Assembly: GCA_028716725.1 (NCBI GenBank)
Contig: JAQUPG010000001.1
Coordinates: forward strand, 47,660 to 111,659
DNA length: 64,000 nucleotides
Reading direction: 5' to 3'
From: Patescibacteria group bacterium
GTDB taxonomy: Bacteria > Patescibacteriota > Patescibacteriia > Patescibacteriales > JAQTRU01
Made by a program: the position numbers and the translations under genes. The notes under the pieces are model-generated. The model made no database searches. It had not been told where the DNA came from and saw only the letters and a program-made list of their open reading frames with translations. Below, one piece after another: positions 32,453 to 40,340 of the stretch (position 1 is its first letter; each line of letters starts with the position of its first letter).

Positions 32453-34843
32453 TTATTTTTTTCTCTTCCCTCTCATCTTTTTCTCTTTCTTATTTATTTC
32501 TATCGTGGTTTTAACAACCGTGTCCGGGATTAAGGAGATAGAGTCTATGCCGCATTCGACTAAAAAAGTGGCAAAATCCGGATAATCGCTCGGGGCCTGG
32601 CCGCAGATTCCGATTTTCGTTTTTGTCCGTCGGGCAGCGTCTATAGCATATCTTATTAAAGTTTTCACGGCTTCGTTTCTTTCATCATAAACATGGCTGA
32701 CCAACGAACTGTCGCGGTCAACTCCCAGGGTAAGCTGGGTTAGGTCATTGCTGCCGATAGAAAAGCCGTCAAAGACTTCGGCAAATTGCTCGGCTAAAAT
32801 GACGTTAGAGGGAATTTCCACCATGCAATATAATTCAAAGCCGTTTTTGCCCTGCTTTAAGCCATGGTCAGCCAGGATTTTTCTCACCTTTTTCGCTTCC
32901 TCAAGAGTGCGGCAGAAAGGCACCATGACTTTCAGGTTAGTTAAGCCCATTTCGTCTCTTACTTTTTTCATGGCCTGGCATTCTAAAGTAAAGGCCGGCA
33001 AAAATTTAGGCGAGTAATAGCGGGAAGCGCCGCGCCAGCCGATCATTGGGTTGGATTCAACCGGCTCGTACTTAGTCCCGCCAACCAAATTGGCGTACTC
33101 ATTGGTTTTAAAATCAGAAAGCCGGATAATCACGTCTTTAGGATAAAAAGCCGCGGCGATCATCGCTACCCCTTCGGCTAATTTATCAATAAAAAATTGT
33201 TTTTTATTTTCATAGCCGGCAGTCAGATTATCTATTTTCTTTTTTACATCCTTATCTTTTATTTTGTCGTAGTTAATCAAAGCCAAGGGATGGATTTTAA
33301 TGTAATTATTTATGATGAATTCCAGTCTGGCCAGGCCCACGCCGTCATTGGGAATAAAGGAAGAAGTAAAAGCCATGTCCGGTTCGCCAAGATTCATCAT
33401 GATTTTGGTCTTGGGCCGCTTTAGATTTTTGATATTCGTTTTTTTAACTTTAAAAGGCATAATGCCTTCGTAAACATAGCCTTCTTCACCTTCGGCGCAG
33501 CTCACCGTCACTTTTTTTCCGGTTTTTACCCGGTAAGAAACGTTATTGGTGCCGACAATGCAGGGAATGCCGAGTTCGCGGGAAACAATGGCCGCGTGGC
33601 AGGTCCGTCCGCCTTTATCCGTGACAATGGCCGAAGCGATTTTCATAATCGGCTCCCAGTCCGGGTCGGTCATGTCCGTGATAAGGACCTGGCCGGGCTT
33701 AAAATTTTTAATGCCGCTTAACTCCATAATCCGGTTGGCCGTTCCGCTCCCTATCTTATTGCCCACACTTTGCCCCTTAGTTATAATTTTGCCTTTTTTG
33801 CCAAGGCCATACTCTTCCAGGATATTATAGTTTTTAAGACTCTGAACAGTTTCCGGCCTGGCCTGGATTATATATAGTTTGCCGTCCTTGCCGTCCAGAG
33901 CCCATTCAATATCCATAGGCCGGCCATAATGTTTTTCTATAATCATGGCCCACTGGCCTAATTTTTTTACCTGTTCGTCGGTAATAGATTGTTTTACTTG
34001 TTCTTTTGGCTTAATTCTTATATTTTTAGTCGGCTCTTTAGGATCGTCATTGTAAACCATTCTTAAAAGTTTGCGGCCGATAGAGCGGGAGATTATAGCA
34101 CCGGTTGGCTTAAAGACGTAAAATTCATCGGGATTGACTCTACCTTGAACAATATTTTCCCCCAAGCCGTAGATGGAATTAATCAGAACGGCATTAGAGA
34201 AACCAGACTCGGTATCAATTGTAAAAATTACCCCGGAAGCGGCTAAGTCGGAGCGGATCATTTTTTGGACTCCAACCGAAAGGGCGATTTTAAAATGGTC
34301 AAATTTTTTGTCAACGCGGTAAGAAATCGCCCGGTTGGTAAATAAGGAAGCGATGCATTTTCTTACGGCCAGCAATAATTCTTTTTCTCCGCTGATATTT
34401 AGATAAGTTTCCTGCTGGCCGGCGAAAGAAGCGTCTGGCAAGTCTTCAGCCGTGGCTGAAGACCGAACCGCTACAGACAGATTTTTAACTCCGTATTCAG
34501 CTGAAAGTTTTTTATAAGCCTTTCCGATTGCTTTTTCAAAATCTTCCGGGAAAGGCGTGCTGACTATTAATTTTCTTATTTCCGATCCCCGGCGCATAAG
34601 GTCCATTACGTTATGGGTGTTAAGGCCTTTTAAGATTTTTTTTATTTCTTTCTTTGCGCCCGTACTTTCTAAAAAATAATTATAGGCGGAAGCCGTGGTG
34701 GCAAAGCCATTAGGCACTCTAACGCCTTTTCCGGAAAGTTTACGATACATTTCTCCTAAAGAGGCATTTTTTCCTCCAACTAAAGGAACGTCTTTAATTG
34801 TCAGTTGGTTGAAAAATCTTATAAGTTGTTTAGACTTTTTCAT
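32453..34843 (-). CDS. ppsA: phosphoenolpyruvate synthase (pyruvate, water dikinase)
   Basis: 796 aa. N-terminal VPLVGGKNASLGEM, phosphohistidine region GGRTCHAAIVSRELGIP, and a C-terminal PEP-utilising TIM barrel. Confidence 0.9.
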   Translation of the reverse strand: MKKSKQLIRFFNQLTIKDVPLVGGKNASLGEMYRKLSGKGVRVPNGFATTASAYNYFLESTGAKKEIKKILKGLNTHNVMDLMRRGSEIRKLIVSTPFPEDFEKAIGKAYKKLSAEYGVKNLSVAVRSSATAEDLPDASFAGQQETYLNISGEKELLLAVRKCIASLFTNRAISYRVDKKFDHFKIALSVGVQKMIRSDLAASGVIFTIDTESGFSNAVLINSIYGLGENIVQGRVNPDEFYVFKPTGAIISRSIGRKLLRMVYNDDPKEPTKNIRIKPKEQVKQSITDEQVKKLGQWAMIIEKHYGRPMDIEWALDGKDGKLYIIQARPETVQSLKNYNILEEYGLGKKGKIITKGQSVGNKIGSGTANRIMELSGIKNFKPGQVLITDMTDPDWEPIMKIASAIVTDKGGRTCHAAIVSRELGIPCIVGTNNVSYRVKTGKKVTVSCAEGEEGYVYEGIMPFKVKKTNIKNLKRPKTKIMMNLGEPDMAFTSSFIPNDGVGLARLEFIINNYIKIHPLALINYDKIKDKDVKKKIDNLTAGYENKKQFFIDKLAEGVAMIAAAFYPKDVIIRLSDFKTNEYANLVGGTKYEPVESNPMIGWRGASRYYSPKFLPAFTLECQAMKKVRDEMGLTNLKVMVPFCRTLEEAKKVRKILADHGLKQGKNGFELYCMVEIPSNVILAEQFAEVFDGFSIGSNDLTQLTLGVDRDSSLVSHVYDERNEAVKTLIRYAIDAARRTKTKIGICGQAPSDYPDFATFLVECGIDSISLIPDTVVKTTIEINKKEKKMRGKRKK

Positions 34844-34959
34844 AGAGATATAATTCGAATACTTTAAATTAATTATTCAAATGCTTCAAATAATTATATT
34901 GCTTCTAAATTTTGGCAATAACACTTGAAGTATTTGAATGAATTTGTAGATTTGAATTA
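34844..34959. repeat. ~115-bp intergenic cassette, paralogue 1 (between DUF4870-like stop and ppsA start)
   Basis: It shares gatataattcgaat, attcaaatgcttcaaat and ttgaagyatttgaatgratttgtaratttgaatta blocks with 48995-49104. Internal arms are attcaaatgcttcaaat/atttgaagtatttgaat. Confidence 0.85.
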
Positions 34960-35289
34960 CTAAAGGTTGATTTTTTTGCTCCAATCGTAAATAAAAGGAA
35001 TTTTCCACCATTCGCCATTATAGGTTTTAATAATTCCCATAACTGAGATGACGATCAAGAAGAGCATCAGGAGCTGCCCGAAAAACGGAAACCAGGCGAA
35101 GAGACCGGCGACTAATTCAATAATAAACAAAATTAAGCCCTGCTTGGCATGGAATTGGGCAAATTCGGAATTCTTTTTTCCCAAAAGAGGCACGAGACAG
35201 AGGATCCAAACATAAGACAGAACAGCAATGTTTTTATTAGCTTCCACATCGGGATTGGCAGAAGTTTTTTTATTTTCCTGTTTGGCCAT
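34960..35289 (-). CDS. small membrane protein (DUF4870-like)
   Basis: 109 aa with three TM helices. The family assignment is tentative. Confidence 0.55.
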   Translation of the reverse strand: MAKQENKKTSANPDVEANKNIAVLSYVWILCLVPLLGKKNSEFAQFHAKQGLILFIIELVAGLFAWFPFFGQLLMLFLIVISVMGIIKTYNGEWWKIPFIYDWSKKINL

Positions 35290-35380
35290 AAATTTAATTT
35301 ATTTATTGATTTAAATTCCGCCTAGTCAGGCGGATATTATTATCATAACATAATTTTTGCTATAATAAAAATACTAGCGT

Positions 35381-35409
35381 TTGACAGGAAAGTTAAATTA
35401 GTTTAAAAA
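35381..35409 (+). promoter_or_regulatory. promoter of tRNA-Leu
   Basis: TTGACA at 35381-35386, a 17-nt spacer, TAAAAA at 35404-35409. The tRNA starts at 35423. Confidence 0.55.
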
Positions 35410-35422
35410 TAAAGAGACAAAA

Positions 35423-35507
35423 GGGGATATGGTGAAATTGGTATACACGCATGCCTTAGGAGCATGTGGAGCAATCCGTGAGAGTTCGAGTCTCTCTATC
35501 CCCACCA
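35423..35507 (+). tRNA. tRNA-Leu (UAG), CCA encoded
   Basis: Acceptor GGGGATA/TATCCCC, anticodon loop CTTAGGA, long variable arm, T-arm GAGAG-TTCGAGT-CTCTC, 3' ACCA. Confidence 0.9.
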
Positions 35508-35553
35508 GTAGTTAGTATTCTTTAGAAGTGCACATTATAACGGGGAGGCAGTA

Positions 35554-35646
35554 ATGTTGGAGTATTTAGAAGAAAACTGGAAGTCGCTCGGTGTGATGTT
35601 GATTGCGACCGTTATCGCCTTTTTCTTTATCTGTAATCATGCTTAA
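35554..35646 (+). CDS. possible 30-aa membrane peptide
   Basis: MLEYLEENWKSLGVMLIATVIAFFFICNHA* with an SD (cGGGGAGGcagta) and a terminator at 35677-35710. Confidence 0.35.
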   Translation: MLEYLEENWKSLGVMLIATVIAFFFICNHA

Positions 35647-35676
35647 TTCCGCCCAAGAATAAGGGTAAAAGCGAAA

Positions 35677-35710
35677 AGCCTGAAGTTTAACTAATATTCA
35701 GGCTTTTTTT
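35677..35710 (+). terminator. rho-independent terminator
   Basis: aagcctgaa...ttcaggctt followed by a T-run. Confidence 0.8.
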
Positions 35711-35721
35711 AGTTTAAGGTA

Positions 35722-35750
35722 TTGACAAAAAAATATAAATATGATATAGT
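35722..35750 (+). promoter_or_regulatory. promoter of 35805..36059
   Basis: TTGACA at 35722-35727, a 17-nt spacer, TATAGT at 35745-35750. Confidence 0.7.
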
Positions 35751-35804
35751 ATTATCAGCTCATGGGGGTGAGTCTTGCTGTCTTAATAAAGGGAGGTTAA
35801 AGTG

Positions 35805-36059
35805 ATGACTTCAGGACTCAGATGGGCGGAATTAGGAGTTGCAATAATTATGGTCATAGGGATTATCCTTATGGCCTGCGAGACTTGTAATGAAACGTTT
35901 GGCTCTTACATCCCCGAGGAGGTGTATCAAAAGGATTTTACTCTATTCGTAATAGTCAAAGTAACAGGCCTCGTTCTCTTTTTTCTTGGGGTTTTTATCC
36001 TTAGGAGAATCGACCCGGATAATTGGGTTAACCCTTGGGAGAGAAGAAAAGCAAATTGA
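35805..36059 (+). CDS. small two-TM membrane protein, 84 aa
   Basis: ATG immediately after the GTG used by the track; SD GGGAGG. Confidence 0.6.
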   Translation: MTSGLRWAELGVAIIMVIGIILMACETCNETFGSYIPEEVYQKDFTLFVIVKVTGLVLFFLGVFILRRIDPDNWVNPWERRKAN

Positions 36060-36133
36060 TATTCTATAAAGAAAGCCGGATGTACTTTTGTCCGGCTTTT
36101 TCATTTGGTTTTTCTGTGTTAATATCAAGGTAT

Positions 36134-36955
36134 ATGGTAAATTTTCTTCATACTTTTAACCCCAATCCAATTTTAGTTTCTTTCGGCCCGATTAATATTT
36201 ATTGGTACGGTTTTTTTATTGTTTTAGGGGCTTTGGCCGCTATAGCTGTGGCTTTTAAAATTTCTTCTTATTACTCCTTGAAAAAAGAAGCAATTATTGA
36301 TTTGGCCTTTTGGCTGGTTATCGGCGGGATAATCGGGGCCCGGCTTTACCATGTTTTTTTGGAATTCCCTTATTATCTAAAATATCCTTTAAATATTTTT
36401 AAAGTCTGGCAAGGCGGGTTAGCTATCCATGGCGCGATTATCGCCGGCTTATTGATAATCTGGTTTTTTGCCAAAAAGCGCAATTTAGATTTTTGGCTTC
36501 TAACCGCCATTATCGCTCCGGGCCTGGCTTTAGCTCAGGCGATCGGGCGCTGGGGAAATTATTTTAACGGGGAACTTTTTGGCAAGCCCACTAATTTAGG
36601 TTGGGGGATTCCGATTGATATTATGAGGCGGCCGCTTGAATATATTTCTTCTGAATTTTTCCACCCCACGTTTCTGTATGAATCAATCGGCAATTTTTTA
36701 ATTTTCCTGATTTTAATTTCTCTCCATATTTGGATCATCGGGAAAAAACAATTTAAAAATTATTCTTACTTTTTAATTTTTTCTTTTTATTTAATAATGT
36801 ATTCTATTCTTCGCTTTAGCCTGGAATTTATTAGGATAGATGAAACGCCGGTTATCTGGAGTTTAAGATTTCCGCAGATTGCCAGTTTAATTATAGTCTT
36901 ATTGACTTTTGCCCTGTTAATCTATAAAATTAGGAAAGATAAATTGAAAACATAA
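36134..36955 (+). CDS. lgt: prolipoprotein diacylglyceryl transferase
   Basis: Start set at MVNFLHTF... Motifs present: YWYGFFIVLG, GRWGNYFNGELFG, HPTFLYES. Confidence 0.9.
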   Translation: MVNFLHTFNPNPILVSFGPINIYWYGFFIVLGALAAIAVAFKISSYYSLKKEAIIDLAFWLVIGGIIGARLYHVFLEFPYYLKYPLNIFKVWQGGLAIHGAIIAGLLIIWFFAKKRNLDFWLLTAIIAPGLALAQAIGRWGNYFNGELFGKPTNLGWGIPIDIMRRPLEYISSEFFHPTFLYESIGNFLIFLILISLHIWIIGKKQFKNYSYFLIFSFYLIMYSILRFSLEFIRIDETPVIWSLRFPQIASLIIVLLTFALLIYKIRKDKLKT

Positions 36956-37020
36956 CTTTTCTCGCCTACGCGAGCAACCGTGGGCCTTGCCCGCCGTAGT
37001 CCCGAAGGCTCGGGACGTAG

Positions 37021-37105
37021 GCGGGTATCGTATAATGGTTTATTACCTGCCTGCCGGTAGGCAGGTGTTAGCCCTGTCTGCCGACAGGCAGGCTTCCAAG
37101 CTGAA
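37021..37105 (+). pseudogene. tRNA-Gly 5' pseudo-copy (acceptor to anticodon stem) disrupted by two 20-nt hairpin insertions
   Basis: gcgggtatcgtataatggtttatta + [cctgcctgccggtaggcagg] + tgttagcc + [ctgtctgccgacaggcagg(c)] + ttccaagctgaa. Apart from the inserts this matches the intact tRNA-Gly at 37361. The T-arm and 3' acceptor are missing. Confidence 0.8.
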
Positions 37106-37120
37106 TATTAAAATTAAGAT

Positions 37121-37357
37121 ATGATAGTGGTGTATGCTATATATAATACGTCTTATGGTGAAATATATGTCGGTATGACCAATAACCTAAAGAGAAGACT
37201 AAAAGAACATGCCAGGGGGCAGACAAAATATACAAGAAAATTTTCTAATTTCAATTTAATATTTACAGAGGAATTCGAAGACTACAAAATTGCCAGAAGA
37301 AAAGAGAAATATTTAAAGTCTGGATGTGGTAAGGAATTTTTAAAAACATTGATTTAG
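37121..37357 (+). CDS. GIY-YIG nuclease domain protein (YhbQ/UPF0213-type), 78 aa
   Basis: VYAIYN..GEIYVGMTNNLKRRLKEH..E..K, i.e. the GIY-x10-YVG, Arg and Glu catalytic pattern. The protein is a single domain. Confidence 0.85.
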   Translation: MIVVYAIYNTSYGEIYVGMTNNLKRRLKEHARGQTKYTRKFSNFNLIFTEEFEDYKIARRKEKYLKSGCGKEFLKTLI

Positions 37358-37360
37358 TTC

Positions 37361-37433
37361 GCGGGTATCGTATAATGGTTTATTATGTTAGCCTTCCAAG
37401 CTGAAGATACGGGTTCGATTCCCGTTACCCGCT
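37361..37433 (+). tRNA. tRNA-Gly (UCC)
   Basis: Acceptor GCGGGTA/TACCCGC, anticodon stem-loop TTAGC-CTTCCAA-GCTGA, T-arm ACGGG-TTCGATT-CCCGT, discriminator T. It starts 4 nt after the GIY-YIG stop. Confidence 0.9.
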
Positions 37434-37546
37434 CCTTTCTTCGCTTCCTCCTACACTGAAGTTTCGGAGGACAAGAAAGCTACAAATGACAAGCAATAGA
37501 AATTCATGGACATCGCAAGCTCGCCCGCCGAAGCTTTAGCGTAGGT

Positions 37547-37565
37547 GGGTTCCCGTTACCCGCTC
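37547..37565 (+). pseudogene. tRNA-Gly 3' remnant
   Basis: gggttcccgttacccgctc matches the T-arm/acceptor 3' end of tRNA-Gly. It is preceded by the same gcccgcc..gtagg context that precedes the 5' pseudo-copy at 36989-37020. Confidence 0.6.
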
Positions 37566-37613
37566 TGATATTGATAGTTAACAATTGGCTATTAACAATT
37601 AACTAATTAAAGT

Positions 37614-37910
37614 ATGGGTGTAAAAGATTTAATGGGTAATGCCAAAAATTTAACCGATTACGAATTTGAAAGAAAGTTGAATGAATTAGTAAGAACTAAT
37701 TACCGTTATAGTAATTTAAATGACAAGAATAAAAAAATTATTTTGGATTTAGTTAAAAAATACAAGTCCTATTTGAGGAAGGGGATTGGCATTTCTTCCG
37801 TTAATTTAAGGAATGAGTCGTATCGGCTTTATCAAAATCGATTAAAACTTGGTTTAACAGAAGGAGATTTGGATGATATAAAAGAAATTTTAGGGGAACT
37901 CCGAAGTTAA
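37614..37910 (+). CDS. hypothetical protein, 98 aa
   Basis: ORF followed by a strong terminator. No motif recognised. Confidence 0.5.
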   Translation: MGVKDLMGNAKNLTDYEFERKLNELVRTNYRYSNLNDKNKKIILDLVKKYKSYLRKGIGISSVNLRNESYRLYQNRLKLGLTEGDLDDIKEILGELRS

Positions 37911-37922
37911 AATAAATAAATC

Positions 37923-37963
37923 AAAAAAGCAGTCCTGAGTACTTTAGGACTGCTTTTCTTTTT
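37923..37963. terminator. bidirectional terminator (37614..37910 and purD)
   Basis: gcagtcct-gagtacttt-aggactgc with flanking A- and T-runs. Confidence 0.85.
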
Positions 37964-37978
37964 AGAAAAAAACATTTA

Positions 37979-39280
37979 TTACTTTTCAAGCGCTTGCCAG
38001 GCAATATCTCGGCGAGAATAGCATCCGGTCCAGGATATTTTTTCTACCGCTCGGTAAGCGTTCGCTTGCGCTTGTCGGAAGTTGTCTCCCAAAGCGGTTA
38101 CTCCTAAGACTCTTCCGCCAGCAGTTATAACCCTGCCTTGGCGGTCTAAAGCTGTACCGGCGTGGTCAATTATAGCTCCGGTTTCTGCCGCTTCTTTAAG
38201 GCCGGATATTATAAAGCCTTTCTGATAGTTGGAATCGGGATAACCGCCGGAGGCTATTACGATGGAAACCGCCGGTCTAGTGTCCCACTCTATTCGAACT
38301 TTATCCAGATTACCTTCCAAAGCTGCCATGATAATGGCCACCAAGTCAGACTTCATTCTGGCTAAAATTGGCTGGGTTTCCGGATCACCGAAACGGACAT
38401 TGAATTCCAGAACATAGGGATTGCCGTTTTCATCAATCATTAAACCGGCATAAAGTACGCCGGTAAAAGGAGTGCCTCTTTCGGCCATGGCCGCGACAGT
38501 CCGCTCTATAATTCTTTCCATAATACGTTGTTCCATTTCGGTAGTAACAAAAGGAGCTGGCGAGTAAGCGCCCATACCGCCGGTATTAGGATTGGGAGTC
38601 CAGCCGCTGTCGTGATCATAAAGAGATTTATGGTCCTGGGAAGTGGCTAAGGGGAGAATATGGCCGTTTTTATCAACTAAAACAATAAAGGAAATTTCCC
38701 GGCCACGTAAAAATTTTTCAATTAAGAATTCATTTCCGGCTGAACCGAATTCATTTTCCTTGATTCTACCTAAGGCCGTCTCCACCCCTTCCTTGGTAAA
38801 ACAGACCATGGCACCCTTGCCAGCGGCCAAACCATCAACTTTTATTACCACCGGCAATCCGAAATTTTCTAAACAACGGCTAATTCTGCTAGCAGCCATG
38901 TCGGCATCGGTAAATACTTCAAAATCCGCAGTTGGCACGCCAGCCTTTGCCATAATTCTTTTGGCAAAAATTTTTGAGCCTTCAAGCCGAGCTGCTTGTC
39001 TGCTGGGGCCGAAAATCGGCAAGCCCATGGTCATAAATTTATTCACAATGCCATTGACTAAAGGCCATTCCGGTCCGACAATTGTCAAATCAACTTTTTG
39101 CTCTTGAGCAAACCGAGCCTGTCCCTCGATGTCGTCTACGGCAATGGCAATGTTTCTGGCCATAGTCCCGATGCCGGCATTGCCCGGAGCGCAGAAAAGT
39201 CTATCCACTAAATCCGACTTGGCTATCTTCCGCACCAAGGCGCTTTCCCTTCCGCCTGAACCAATCACAAGAACTTTCAT
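37979..39280 (-). CDS. purD: phosphoribosylamine-glycine ligase
   Basis: 433 aa, MKVLVIGSGGRE..ATP-grasp..C-terminal domain; strong SD (aGGAGGtg). Confidence 0.95.
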   Translation of the reverse strand: MKVLVIGSGGRESALVRKIAKSDLVDRLFCAPGNAGIGTMARNIAIAVDDIEGQARFAQEQKVDLTIVGPEWPLVNGIVNKFMTMGLPIFGPSRQAARLEGSKIFAKRIMAKAGVPTADFEVFTDADMAASRISRCLENFGLPVVIKVDGLAAGKGAMVCFTKEGVETALGRIKENEFGSAGNEFLIEKFLRGREISFIVLVDKNGHILPLATSQDHKSLYDHDSGWTPNPNTGGMGAYSPAPFVTTEMEQRIMERIIERTVAAMAERGTPFTGVLYAGLMIDENGNPYVLEFNVRFGDPETQPILARMKSDLVAIIMAALEGNLDKVRIEWDTRPAVSIVIASGGYPDSNYQKGFIISGLKEAAETGAIIDHAGTALDRQGRVITAGGRVLGVTALGDNFRQAQANAYRAVEKISWTGCYSRRDIAWQALEK

Positions 39281-39336
39281 AATACACCTCCTAATTGTTA
39301 AAAGGGCGGTTGAATTTGATTATTCCAAATTTTTGA

Positions 39337-40263
39337 TTAATTTACGTCAGTTCTTAAGTGTTTATTTCTTTTAGAAAATATTTCGGAATATTTTTTATCC
39401 ATAAAGTGCTGCGCCACTTCATTTCTATCCGGCTCATAGCCTAGATCTTTTTCTGTTTCTTGCTTGTGCCAAGGAGAATCCATTACTTTTTTTTGTTTTT
39501 TCAGATAACTTTTTAAATCTAATTTTTTGTAATTATAAAGTAAATCTATAATATCTCCATCTTCTTCTCGCCTAAACTTTTTTCTTAGTAGTTCGCGGAC
39601 TTGATTTATGGGCATAGCTCCTTTATAAGGCCGTTCGTACAAGAGGGAATCAAATTCATCCACGATAGAAAAAATTCTTAATATTTTTCCAGTTTCCGGG
39701 CCAAAAGGATGCTCCCGGTGGTTTATTCGTCTGTCCCTTTGCCTATGGTGAGAACCAATAATAAGGGCAACCGGTTTGTATAATTCTTCGGGGATTTTAC
39801 CTTTTAAGTGTTCAATGCCTTCGGGAATATGCCTATCTATTTCAGCATTTTCTTCATCAGATAATTTCCCTGGTTTATTGAGAATTTTTTTATCTACATA
39901 AACTTTGCCAGTATCATGGAGCAGAGCGGCCGTGAAAAATATTTCCTTGCCTTTTTCATCAAATCCCAAATCATCTTTATCATTTAATTCCCGAGCTAAA
40001 TCCGCCGTTCTTAAGCAGTGCTCAAAAGTGCCCTTATCATGATTAAGGATTTCGCCTAATAATTCTCTTAATTCCGGGTTATTTTTTATGTTTTCCTCGG
40101 TTTCCGGAGTAACGTCTAAAAATTTTACTGCCTCAGTTTGCTGGATCTTTTCCCAGGTTGCCGATTGTTCCGGCATTTCTTTTTTTCCATTATTTTCGCC
40201 CGCCCCCGGCATTGATAAAACTTCTTTCACCCCGTTAGAAATTATAATATTTTCTTTTTCCAT
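39337..40263 (-). CDS. HD-domain phosphohydrolase
   Basis: H..HDTGK..D pattern (ALLHDTGKVYVD, GSHH). No GYP motif was seen. Confidence 0.75.
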   Translation of the reverse strand: MEKENIIISNGVKEVLSMPGAGENNGKKEMPEQSATWEKIQQTEAVKFLDVTPETEENIKNNPELRELLGEILNHDKGTFEHCLRTADLARELNDKDDLGFDEKGKEIFFTAALLHDTGKVYVDKKILNKPGKLSDEENAEIDRHIPEGIEHLKGKIPEELYKPVALIIGSHHRQRDRRINHREHPFGPETGKILRIFSIVDEFDSLLYERPYKGAMPINQVRELLRKKFRREEDGDIIDLLYNYKKLDLKSYLKKQKKVMDSPWHKQETEKDLGYEPDRNEVAQHFMDKKYSEIFSKRNKHLRTDVN

Positions 40264-40333
40264 AATAATATACTAATTGATTTTTTAACATTTTATTTTT
40301 ATCCATTTATTTCTAGTAAGATTTCTAACGGGG
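40230..40333. repeat. REP-like arms (copy 4) split around the HD-gene start codon
   Basis: ccccgttagaaat at 40230-40242 lies inside codons 6-10. atttctaacgggg at 40321-40333 lies in the 5' UTR, just after the methyltransferase stop. Confidence 0.8.
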
Positions 40334-40340
40334 TAAATAA

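Noticed and set aside
36035-36133. N-terminal extension of lgt, and similar extensions of ruvC (to 22001), yebC (to 22701), folD (to 50004), ymdB (to 60344) and the SDR fusion (to 19922)
   Set aside because: The conserved protein N-termini begin at internal Met codons. The extensions overlap upstream genes, terminators or repeat arrays.
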